This document shows, in pieces, positions 40,156 to 51,884 of a stretch of 64,000 nt of DNA (position 1 is the stretch's first letter; the number at the start of each line of letters is the position of its first letter). The stretch comes from Octopus vulgaris (taxonomy: Eukaryota). The notes under the pieces are model-generated. The model did not search any database. It saw only the letters and a list, made by a program, of their open reading frames with translations, and was not told the DNA's origin. Made by a program: the position numbers and the translations under genes. The stretch spans positions 92,318,001-92,382,000 of the forward strand of contig OX597821.1 in assembly GCA_951406725.2 (NCBI GenBank), written 5' to 3'.

Positions 40156-40476
40156 ATGACTCTTCAACAGAGATGGCACTGCTAAACACCCATTCAAAAA
40201 CATGTATAATTTTCGAAGTGACTCACAGTCACTGATCTAATGAAACAGAAACATTGTTGTTTGTAAATCTCTCAATGAGAGATATTCAGTAGCAGCACTT
40301 TAAAGTAAAGGTTATTTGCCAACCTAATGTGGCAGTCACATTTTGGGGTGAATGCTACTGTTGTTTAGCCCCAGGAGACATTGTCTCCAACTGGCTGTAC
40401 GACACACACGATCTGTCTTTATATTTTCGAATAGGGGAAGTTAGCACTTCAACCCAGCACAAATCGTTACTTTATA

Positions 40477-40549
<73 letters not shown>

Positions 40550-40687
40550 AGATCATGTGTGTGGGTATCTTTGTGTTTGTGCTTGTCCCCCTATCATTGC
40601 TGGACAATCAATGTTGGTGTCTTTGCATCCCCACAACTTAGCTACAATTGATGGAAGAGGCAATACTCTGTCTCTCTTTCAATAGTT

Positions 40688-40721
<34 letters not shown>

Positions 40722-41042
40722 TAGGTGGGGGGTGTTCCAAAATGGGCCTCAGTGAGTAGCATCCCTGCATCCCTAAGCTAGTTCTCCACCACATTTCTTG
40801 AAAATCATGGTAGAGGCCTTGGTCTCAGGACCAAGGCCTCTAACATGAATTTGGGGAGTAAGCAAGGGCATGCTCCCTGTAGAAAATCCAGCTCCAAAAA
40901 AGCCTCACGATAGCAAAGGAGAATGGGCACCAGCCAGCCCAAAAGTTGGGACTGGGCTATATGTGCCTACCTCAGTTGCTATGGCATTGAGGTAGATCCA
41001 GCCACCCCAATTAACTGAGACAAAACCCGGATTTAAAACACT

Positions 41043-41640
41043 TGGCACCTTGGGCAAGTGTCTTCTACTATAGCCTCGGGCTGACCAAAGCCTTGTGAGT
41101 GGATTTAGTAGACAGAAACTGAAAGAAGCCCGTCGTATATATGGATATATATATATATGCGTGTGTGTGTTTGTGTGTCTGTATTTGTCCCGCAACATCG
41201 CTTGACAACCAATGCTGGTGTGTTTATGTCCCCGTTACTTAACGGTTCGGCAAAAAAGACCGATAAAATAAGTACTGGGCTTACAAAAGAATAAGTCCCG
41301 GGGTCAAGTTGCTCAATTAAAGGCGGTGCTCCAGCATGGCCGCAGTCAAATGACTGAAACAAGTAAAAGAGTAAAGAGTAAAGAGTATATATGTACATGG
41401 TTATGTGTGTTGTTGTCTTTGTGACTGCGTTTGTCCCTGCCACCATCGCTTAACAAGCAATATTGGTGTGTTTACGTTTCCATAACTTGGCAGTTCAGCA
41501 AAAGAGACCAATAGAATAAGTACTAGGCTTACAAAGAATAAGTCTTGGGATTGATTTCTTCAACTGAAACCTTCCAAGGCATTGCTCTAGCATGGCCGCA
41601 GTCAAGTGACTGAAACAAGGAAAAGAATAAAAGGATAAAT
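41043..41640 (+). mobile_element. Two partial family A SINEs
   Basis: Consensus match, 5'-truncated. Confidence 0.8.
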
Positions 41641-41904
41641 ACAAAAATCCACAAACAAATATGTGTGTGTATATATATATATATACACACACACAGAAAT
41701 ACATACAAATATTTATATATATACAAACACACAAGTACACACACATATACATACATGCATTTATATCTTCACAGCCCACACACATGCATGCATACACATA
41801 TATTTACCAGAGCACATCAAAATCACCATCAATTAAGAGATTTAGTTACATGACAGATATGATTTAAATAAGGAAATCTTTGATACAATTTGCTTTATGT
41901 CACT

Positions 41905-42123
41905 CTAATGGCATTGGCTATCACTGGGGACTGCTGAAATCCATAGCTGTCTGATATACGGCACCATGGATGACAGCAGTCTAGGCAGGAATGTTTCTCT
42001 CGTTTGGACATTGACTGTGAAAAAGTTTAGAGTGTCATTGTTATACAGAACAGTCAAACGGAAGATGGCATTGGTCAAGATACTACACTGGAACTGCAGC
42101 AAATGGTCTGTCAGTGATGTGGG
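41905..42123 (-). CDS. Candidate terminal exon on the minus strand (72 codons, PTSLTDHLLQFQCSILTNAIFRLTVLYNNDTLNFF...DSQCH*)
   Basis: Strong minus-strand acceptor cttttcttccactttcaactccatccttgtAG|. Unique, relatively GC-rich island with one open frame. No homology recognised. Confidence 0.25.
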   Translation of the reverse strand, partial: PTSLTDHLLQFQCSILTNAIFRLTVLYNNDTLNFFTVNVQTRETFLPRLLSSMVPYIRQLWISAVPSDSQCH

Positions 42124-42566
42124 CTACAAGGATGGAGTTGAAAGTGGAAGAAAAGTATACATTATATTCAGTAACAGTGATGGCATTATCTACCATTTTT
42201 TTTACTTGCTAGAGCAGTAGTTCTCAATAGTGATCTAGAGCTGTGGATCTCAACAGGAGTCCATATGGCCCTTGGTGGGGGGGGGGGTCATCATAATATT
42301 TTGTTGTTAAAATTTATCTGCAATAGATTGATTATACTTTTACAATGCACAAAATATTTTAACAATGTTTTTATCCATCTCGTGAGATCCACCTTTCTTC
42401 TTTAGGTGCAGGAGTGGCTGTGTGGTAAGTAGCTTGCTTACCAACCACATGGTTCCGGGTTCATTCCCACTGCGTGACACCTTGTGCAAGTGTCTTCTAC
42501 TATAGCCTCGGGCTGACCAAAGCCTTGTGAGTGGATTTGGTAGACGGAAACTGAAAGAAGCTTGTC

Positions 42567-42609
<43 letters not shown>

Positions 42610-43176
42610 ATATATTAATAAATAAAACATATGCATATATATATATACATATATGTACGTACCTACCTCTACATGTATATATACACTCATATATGAGAAC
42701 AGGACACCAAAAAAAACGTCGAACACAATGAGAAACGAAAACATAGACACGAAACCAAGGAACTGGACATTTTTCTTAAACAACAAATAACACAAGGACA
42801 AATAACACAAGGAAAAAACCCCTTCTTCAGTCGCCATGGTTTCATCTACTCTGCGTTTTGAAGGTGAAGGCGAGACGCATCTTTGATAGAAACTTTCCTT
42901 CTTGTGAAAAGCAAATCAAATAAAATTTGAGTTCTTTTTGCAGAGGGGTATGTGTGTGTATATGTTTGTGTATATGTTTGTGTGTCTGTGTTTGACGCCC
43001 CAATATTGTTTGACAACCGATGCTGTTGTGTTTACGTCCCCATAACTTAGCGGTTCAGCAAAAAGAGACCGATAGAATATGTACTAGGCTTCCAAGGAAT
43101 AAGTCCTGAGGAGGGGAGGAGGGGAAGGGGAGGAGGAGGAGGAGGGTGAAAATGATGATAAAAACCACAAGATTCA

Positions 43177-43720
43177 TCTATTATATAAAATCCGTTCTGT
43201 CTGTCTGTGTGTGTCTCTTCTAGGATCTCGGTTATCCTCCATCCGATTGCGCTCAAATTTGATATGCAGATACCGATGGTATCAGGGCGTGTATAAGTCT
43301 TGAAAAATTTACAAAAATCGATTCCAGGTTAGAATGTGATTGATAAAACCATGGGAACGTGCATTTGTAAAATCGTTTTTCTTGGAATAGAAAAAAGTCT
43401 ATCTTTATTTCTTCCACTGCTGGAATCTCAAATTTAGGTTAAATCAGTGTTTCTCAAAGAGGAGGACTATGGGACGGTCGAACAAGTTGTTTTGAGAAAA
43501 TTTGGTTTAAATGTTTGACAACTTAGCACTGTCCATTTGACTGGGGGCGTTTTGCTCATCTAAAATAAAGAAATATCAAACTGAGTGATAAAAAAAATAA
43601 GATTAGTGGGATAGTGAGAAGTCCGTGGTCACTATGCTCTCAAAATATTGAGCCATATAGCCAAGAAATGCATAGCCCATTTCTGGTCTCTATGACTCAC
43701 CCACATTGTGCATTACCGAT
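43177..43720 (+). mobile_element. Helitron/Helentron-related (DINE/HINE-like) non-autonomous element
   Basis: a|TCTATTATATAAAA start, a (CTGT)n tract, then ccgattgcgctcaaatttg, the usual layout for such elements. 3' end not identified. Confidence 0.55.
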
Positions 43721-44326
43721 ATAGCTGAATAAAGGTGGTGCCCCAGCATGGTTACATTATCAGAATTAAACAATAGATTCTAAATACCAAGTCTTGAGAA
43801 TTTCATCTGGAGAAAAGTTTTGTTCAAGGACAGACAATTTCATAATATTTTACTCAGCTTGAATTCTTTTTTTTTTTTTTGTTTTTTTGGCTTGAAATTT
43901 CAAATAAACAAAAGTGTGACATTCTCAAAAAAACTTTAATCAGGATTAGTAAAAATCTGAAATTGGAATTCAATTTGAATTAAAATTCAATAAATAATTT
44001 GAGATGTTTTATCAATTTGTATTCAAATTTCAATATTTTTGTTAGTTTGTTTTTTCCCCTATTTTGTAAATTTTCCACTAAATTATCACAAAAGTTTGAC
44101 ATATATTGACAGATTTGTATTTTTTTCTATGTTTCTCTTTATTTTTTAATCTGAATCTTCTCCGCTGATGTTGGGATATAAAATCATTATAAATTTATAA
44201 AGTTATGAAGTTTAAAATTTCCAGCTAAAATTGCAAATCTGAAATAAACAACAGCAAATTCTGAAATGAAGCCTGCTAGTTCTTGTTTTACATGTTGTTG
44301 TTGTTGTTAACTTTATATCAAGTAAC

Positions 44327-44358
<32 letters not shown>

Positions 44359-45082
44359 CCAGAGGTAGAGGAGGAGGTGGTGGTGGTGGTGGCAGCGATA
44401 ATGGCAGTGGTGAGCACTGGTGGTGCTTGCTGTGCTGGTTAGAATATCAGTAAGGGAGAGTGGGAGTGAAAAAAAGAGGGGGAGAGAGAGAGAGGAAGAG
44501 AGAGGGGAGAGAGGGGGAGAGAGGGGGGAGAGAGGGGGAGAGACATGGACATAACTAAATATTATTTTCACCACCTAGTGCTGTGATGACTCCCCCTACA
44601 ACCACAAACCAATGTAGGAGTCTCTCTACGTGGCTGACCACTGGCTAGAAATATCAATGAAATCTCCCTCAAAATTATGTCATACCATTTTAAGAAACAA
44701 AACAAAATAAAACGATCTGCACCTGGTGAGTTTTGTGAGGAGTGGCAGCCATGCATACAGTGACAGCGTTTGAAGAATCTCTCCACCAATGCTATGACTT
44801 TTATTTTCTTTGAGCATGCTTTTCTTCAGTGGCAACTTCCAGTTTTTCTTCCCCTCATTCCATCCCTTGCACATTACTTGTCTCCAGCATGGGGGATCGA
44901 TCATTTGTGGCCTCCTTCCATCTCAGGATGTCCAGATCTAATTGACTTCATATTTCTCTTGTAGATCTTCTTGAAACAAAAATGAGGTCATCCTCATGCT
45001 CTTGTGCCAAAATAATGGTAAATGTAAGCATGGACATAAACACACACACACACACACTCATATATGCAACAGACTTCTGTAC

Positions 45083-45389
45083 GTATAGGCATATGGCCTA
45101 GTGGTTAGAGCAGCGGACTCACAGTTGAGAGATCGCGAGTTCGAATCTCAGACCAGGTGATGCGTGTGTTTATGAGCAAAGCACCTAAGCTCCACGCGGC
45201 TTTGGCAGAAGGTAATGGTGAACTTCTGCTGACTCTTTCACCACATCTTTCTCTCACTCTTTCCTCCTGCATCTTGCAGCTCACCTGCGATGGACCGGTG
45301 TCCCATCCAGGTGGGGAACCTACATGCTAAGGAAACCAGGGAACCGGCCCTAATGAGCCAAGTGTGGCTTGAGACGGAACTAACAAATG
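45083..45389 (+). mobile_element. tRNA-derived SINE (head D, tail Y) with an 11-bp TSD
   Basis: tggcctagtgg...gttcgaatc. TSD gacttctgtac at 45072 and 45390. Confidence 0.85.
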
Positions 45390-46625
45390 GACTTCTGTAC
45401 AGTTTCTGTCTATACCAAACATCTCTCAAAAGGAATTGGTCAAACCAAGGCTATAATATCACATACTTACACAAGTGATGTAGAACCGGAAACCATGTGG
45501 CTGTAAGTACCAACTCAGTGCTCCAAAATATTTTTTATTTGTTCTAAAACTGCTGTGAAAGAAATGTCCAGTAATTCTGAATGTAGTAAATGAATGTCTA
45601 GAGATTTCGATGAGGTCCACGCTCTGAATTATAATTCATGAGAGGATCTAAGCAAAAATAGTATTGAAAATGAGAACACAGAAAAAATAAAAATCAGAAA
45701 ACCACTGATGAAGAACTAGAAATAACTAAAAAAAAAAAAAAAGGTAAAAAAAAGACAAAACAAAAAAAAAAGAATATTTTATTTGATATCTGAAATACAC
45801 AAGACTAAATATTTCAGTTGGTTAATTAGAAAAACATAGTTTACACAGACTGTTATTAGAAAGCAAACTGAGGAATTTTGAAAAGAAGCAAAAACTAAGA
45901 AATATATGAATGAATAATATCAAGAATCGGACAGACAGTGAATGTGTGAGGTTAGCACCGGAAAGACTGGGACGGTGAATCGTGGTACCAACTCGCTAAG
46001 AGTAGACATTACATCATCATTATCATCACCACCACCACCACCACCACCACCATTGTCATTATTATCACCATCGTTGTCATCATTATCGTCATCGTCATCA
46101 TTTTCATCATCGTTATTACTGTCGTTATCATCATCATCATCAACATTGTCATCGTCACTGTCACCTCAGTCATCAGCATCATAATCACTACTACAATCAT
46201 CAACATGAACAACAACAAGGTGGTGGTGGCAGTGGTGGTGTTGGCAGGGCAAGCAGTGATGCTGGTGAGTAGTTGTACATGATATTTATCAGTTATTCTT
46301 GTCTGCTAGTCCTGAGTGTAATGAACCTCCATTTTACAGGGAGGTGAATTAGTCCACTGAGAATTAAGTGATCTCTTAAAAATCAAAGAATTTGATTGTT
46401 CAGTTGCTGTTGAGAGTAGAAAATCTGTCCCAAGTCTAACAAGCAGGAAGATAACGTGTAAGGACCATCAATGTTAGAATTTTCTCTCCTCATAGAAACT
46501 AAGCTCAATAGATTCTTCTGTGAACCAATTGTTTGCTAACATGGATCATCACCAGATTCTTTGAAATTGTAGATTCTACTTTAATTTAGAATAGGTGTGA
46601 AACGGCAAAAAAGGAAAAAAGTAAA

Positions 46626-46926
46626 GGCGCAGGCATGGCTCTGTGGTGAGTAGCTTGCTTACCAACCACATGTGTTTGAGTTCAGTCCCACTGCATGTCT
46701 TCCGCTATTGCCTTGGGTCAACCAAAGCCTTGTGAGTGGATTTGGTAGATGGAAACTGAAAGAAACCCATTGTATATTATTTACATTTTTTTACATTTGA
46801 CGGATATTTGTCCTTGTCTTGTTTGTTGTTAACACAATGTTTCATCTGATATACCCTCCAGCCTTCATCAGATGTCTTGAGGAAATTTCAAACCTAGGTT
46901 CTCATTCCTATGGTATTTTTTTAATG

Positions 46927-46962
<36 letters not shown>

Positions 46963-47280
46963 TCATTTCCTGGAATCAAACTTGGAATTTCGGGGTTAGT
47001 AGCCCGTGCTCTTAACCACTATGCTATATGCCCACAGGCATATAGCGTATATATAAGTATGAGTTTGTGTGTCTGTGTTTGTCCCTACCATCATCAATAG
47101 ACAACTGATGTTGGTGTGTTTATGACCCTGTAACTTAGCGGTTCAGTGAAAGAGACCGATAGAATAAGTATTAGGCTTACAAAACAATAAGTCCTGGGAT
47201 CGATTTGTTCAACTTAAGGCGGTGCTCCAACATGGCCGCAGTCAAATACTGAAACATATCAAAGAATAAAAGAATAAAAG
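46626..47280 (+). mobile_element. Family A SINE hosting the hammerhead-bearing element
   Basis: Halves at 46626-46775 and 47050-47280. Confidence 0.85.
46775..47050 (-). mobile_element. tRNA-headed SINE-like element carrying a decayed hammerhead ribozyme motif
   Basis: Minus strand: A box tagcatagtgg, B box gtttgattcc, (AAT)n linker, then GACAU-CUGAUGA-A-GGCUG..CAGAU-GAAA-CAUU-GUGUU. 10-bp fold-back at the 5' end. Nested in a family A SINE. Confidence 0.65.
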
Positions 47281-47474
47281 AATTACCTTTTCAAGTCACA
47301 CTGACTCATAAGAACTAGTTTCCAAGTTTCATGGCGTATAAATTCCTCACTTGGATGGGACACCTGTCTGTTGCAGAATCATTCATTTTTGCCAGTTGAT
47401 TGGACTGGAGCAATGTGAAATGAAGTGTTTTGCTCAAGAACTCAACATGTTGACCAGTCCTAGAACCAAAACTA

Positions 47475-47781
47475 TTGGGTTGTCCGGAAAGTTCGTGCCA
47501 ATTTTTAAAGGAAAGAAAAAGGTCAATAAATACTTGCCATTACATTTTTAATCAACCAAATACGAACCATTTTGTTGCACAATGCGTCTCCATCTTTCCT
47601 TTAACTTGAAAATACCCTCTTCTCAGAATTGTGGTGGTTTCATGGCAAAGAATTCATCAGGGTATCTTTCTATGTCATCTAAGGAATTGAAATTTTTACT
47701 ATTAAGACTATTCTGTAGAGACCTGAATAAGTGGAAATCTGAAAGAGCAATATCTGGTGAATATGGAGGGTGGGGTAACAT
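47475..47781 (-). mobile_element. mariner (DD34D-type) transposase C-terminal fragment plus one TIR
   Basis: Minus strand reads LPHPPYSPDIALSDFHLFRSLQNSL...KLKERWRRIVQQNGSY with an internal stop. Ends in TA|ttgggttgtccggaaagttcgtgcc. Confidence 0.88.
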
Positions 47782-48796
47782 AGTGAATTTGGAAACAGAA
47801 CAATGATGACAGAAAGGCCGTAAATGGTTATTAGAGAGGAGATTGGGAAGTAAATGTAGACACAGATAGTAATAAAAAAAAGTAGGGTCTCTTCATTAAC
47901 ACAGATGACCAAGGAGGGGAGCTGGAGAGAAAGAAGAGGAAGAAGACTGACATCAGAAGAGACTGGAATTGGTAGACAGGTAGAAGAAACAAAATTATGA
48001 TGGTGGGGAGAAGGTAGAAATATGAAGAGGTGACCAGGGAGAATGCAGAGATTGGCAATGACAGGTGTACAAAGGTAGAAATAGGTGACAAGATAAAGGC
48101 AAGAGTAAGTAAGGTGGGGGGGGAGTGATTGGTAATAGCAGAGGTGGCCAAAGGTTGAGGCAGGTGTATATTTATCATGTTGCTATATATATTTCACAAA
48201 CTATCGTGCTACTATATATATTTTTATATCTTAAAGTTTTGCCACTCAACTTTTGTCTATTTATTCACATTACCATATATCTTAGCCCATTTATCATACT
48301 GCTGTACATTTTTTTATCTGTTTATCATGATATACTCTGTTTTGGTCTGTTAATCCTGTTGCTAATTACTTTGCCAGAAAACATAGTAATCCAGATGTTC
48401 TCCATCATAGTTCATTGCTAATTACTACATACTACTTCATTAAAGATGCAAGAAGAAATTATACACATAAAATCAATATAACATTATAATTACATTATCA
48501 TCTTCAAACTACATCTTTACTTTACATGGAACTATACAAGAAAAGAAAAGAAAACTACCGTAAACTTAGAAAAGTTGAGATTTAGCACAGATGTTATGGC
48601 TTTCATCAGATGATAGATAAAAATTCTACTGGAAAGAACACAGACCTATAATCTTTTTTACTGTAAGAACAAGGCTTGAAATTTTGGGAAGGAGATTAGT
48701 CAATTACATGGACCTCAATATTTGACTGGTACTTATTTCATTGAGCCTGAAAAGATAAAAAGCAAACCTGACCTTGGTGGAATTTGAACACAGAAC

Positions 48797-49201
48797 CTGC
48801 TGTGCTTGAGGAGACCTATTGAGTCAAGTACGTCAACACCAACATCAAAATAAAAATTAAATGGAAATTGTAGTTATGATACCCATGCCGGTGGCATGTA
48901 AAAAGCACCATCCAAACGTGGCTGATGCCAGCACCGCCTGGCTGGCATCCGTGTCGGTGACACGTAAAAATCACCAACCGATCGTGGCCATTTGCTTGTC
49001 TCCTCTGTCCCCTGTGCTGGTGGCATGTAAAAAGCACCCACTACACTCACAGAGTGGTTGGCATTAGGAAGGGCATCCAGCTGTAGAAACACTGCCAGAT
49101 CAGACTGGAGCCTGGCACAGCCTCCTGGGTTCCCAGAACCCGGTCGCACCGTCCAACCCTTGCTAGCATGGAAAACAGATGTTGATCAATGATGATGATG
49201 A
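48797..49201 (+). mobile_element. RTE 3'-UTR fragment
   Basis: Starts gctgtgcttgag, has three modules, the conserved terminus and a (GAT)n tail. Confidence 0.78.
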
Positions 49202-49449
49202 ATGTACAGTTGGAAGAAATACAGGAAAATGATTCTGCTATTTTGCCACATTATACTAACCTATGATAAGTGACTTCACCAACAGATCTTCACTAAATTG
49301 TCATAACTAGAATTAAACAATAAAACTTCTGAAGGAGATATAAGCTAAAAACTATTGTAGTGTCTGTTTACCAGATGACAGATGTCATCAGTTTGCCAGA
49401 TGACAGTATAGTTCAGTTTGGTAACCAAATATCTTAGGTAATCGAACAT

Positions 49450-50330
49450 GTGGCTGTGTGGTAAGATGCTTATTTCTCAACCACATGGTTTTGGGTTCAG
49501 TCCCACTGCAAAGTACCTTGGACCAGCATCTTTTACTATAGCCCTGGGCTGACCAAAGCTTTGTGAGTGGATGGTAAACAGAAACTAAAAGAAGCCTGTT
49601 GTGTGTGTGTGTGTGTTTGCATGTGTCTCCCACCACCACATGACAACTGATTTAGGTTTATTAACTTATTAGTGGTGGTTCCCCAGTATGGCCGCGGCCT
49701 TCGGGCTAAATCATTTTTAAGGATTTAAGGATTTATATCTTTAACTGAACAGTTCAACAAAAGAGATCCAAAGAGTAAGTACCAGGCTTTAAAAATAAGT
49801 ACTAGAGTCAATCTATTTGACTAAAATACTTCAAAGCAGTGCTCCAGCTTGGCCACAGCCAAATGACTGAAACAAGTAGAAGATAACAATAAAAAATAAA
49901 ATAGCAATTAAACTAAAGTAAATATTTGGCCATGTGGTAAGAAGCTTTCTTCTCAGCCACATGGTTTCCGGGTTCAATACCACTGCTTGGCACCTTCTAC
50001 TATAGCCTTTGGCCAACCAAATCCTTGTGGGTGGATTTGGTAGATGGAAACTGAAAGAAGACTGTCGTATATATATATATGTGTGTATATATATCTATGT
50101 GTGTGTTTTGGGGGTCTGCGTTTGTCTCCACCACCACCACCACCACCACTCAACAACCGGTGTTGGTGTGTTTACATTCCAGTAACCAAGTAGTTTGGTA
50201 AAAGAGACTGACAGAATAAGTACTAAGCTTTAAAAAAATAAGCCCTGGGGTTGATTTGTTCAACTAAAATCCTTGAAGGTGGTGTTCCAGCATGACCGCA
50301 GTCAAAAATAACTAAAACAAATAAAAGATA
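49450..50330 (+). mobile_element. Two older family A SINE copies
   Basis: Diverged consensus match. Confidence 0.75.
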
Positions 50331-51055
50331 AGCGATAAAAGATTTCATCTTATTTCGCTTGTGCCATTTTTTGAGTTCGAATCTCAATGGCGTCACTTTT
50401 TCCTTAATTTTCCCAAGACTGGTTTCCATAAAATGTAAGCATCCATTATTTTAACTGTTACCCACCATGTCTTTAAAAAAAAAAAAAAAAAAACAGAACA
50501 AAAAAAAACAAAAAAACAAACAAACATATGGCTGCTTGGTAAAGAAAGTTGTGCAGTTAAAACTCTATATCTTTTCATAGTCTCATGAGAGCAGAGATGT
50601 CAGTGAATGCAATATCACAAACATACTGAAGTTGAATTAATTACTTATCAAACTTCACTTATAGATCACTATAAACAAACACAATTATTCTGTTACATGT
50701 ATATTGTGATTAGATTTTTCCACCAGAGGTTATGGCTGGTTAGAGTATCAAACAAGTCTAGTTAGCAAACTGCAATATAAGAGATATTGCACAGACTAAT
50801 AAAATGTCTCATAAAAACGTGTTATAACAGTCTCACATAGGAGGACTTTATCATTATTAATAACAGTTAATAACAATCTACTTTGTGGTGGGTGTTATAT
50901 ATTCGTTTATGTTTGCTGTACATAAATGTATACTTTCTATACACATTACACATATCAAACAAGAGACATGACCCTCTGCATGGTAACTCAGTTGCTAGAA
51001 ATAGCAACTGTGCATACATGGCATGTGTGATTGTATATGCATGTGTGAATGCATG

Positions 51056-51089
<34 letters not shown>

Positions 51090-51477
51090 ATCATTATTTT
51101 AATGTCCACTTATCAGTGCTTGCATGATCAGACATGCTTACACAGAATATTGAAAAAGAATGACACTGCTTATATGACAGTGATACTCATTTACAACTAT
51201 GGTACAATGCTGAATCTTACAAAGAAGACAACAGAGGATCAAGATATGTGGTGCATTGCTGTGCTCAAGAAGACCCACCCATCACAACAGAACTGAGATC
51301 CTAAAACTGAGGTGTCACATAAAAAGTGTTGGTGCAGGTGCTGGTTCCACATGAAACAAAGAAAAGGATAAATAAAAGAGTAAAAGTGGTTGAGCACATG
51401 TACCATTAATGCTATTTTTAGGGAGATTCAGCATAACATAGAATGTGACAAAGCTAGCCCTTTGAATTACAGATACA

Positions 51478-51730
51478 GTTAAGTTAAGTTAATTTTTTGG
51501 CTCAAAAAGCAAAAAGCAAGGCCGTGTAGGGGGACATGGAGTTATGTACAGGGAGGGTGTTCATGCAAAGAGTTCACGCCATTTCTGGTCAAGAGAGACT
51601 TTGAACCGAATGGTCGTCGGCATCTTCACTATCTCGTCCAGCAGCTTATTCCACAGATCCGCAACCCGGACGGAGAAAGCCCCTCTCCTTCAATTGAGAT
51701 GAAATCGTCGCAGATAGAGCTTTTCGGATA
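51478..51730 (-). mobile_element. Second CR1/L2-clade LINE 3' fragment with (TTAAC)n tail, inserted into a family C SINE
   Basis: Minus strand reads KLYLRRFHLN*RRGAFSVRVADLWNKLLDEIVKM...FKVSLDQKW. SINE halves lie on both sides. Confidence 0.8.
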
Positions 51731-51884
51731 CTATTCATTTTTGCCAGCTCAGTGGACTGGAGCCAACTGAGTGGACTGGAGCAAGACACTTGAGGACACA
51801 ATACACTGTCAGGAATTGACCTCATAATCTTACAATCATAAGCTGATTATCCTAACCACTAACCCACATGCCTTCAACAAAAAA

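Noticed and set aside
42690-42950. Hammerhead-like CUGAAGA in a TA-flanked insert
   Set aside because: The core halves cannot be assembled into a consistent three-stem fold.
44455-44545. G-quadruplex-like (GGGGAGAGA)n
   Set aside because: A degenerate GA microsatellite with no functional context.
45088-45160. tRNA gene candidates at SINE heads
   Set aside because: A/B boxes are present, but there is no proper acceptor stem and they continue into SINE bodies with TSDs.
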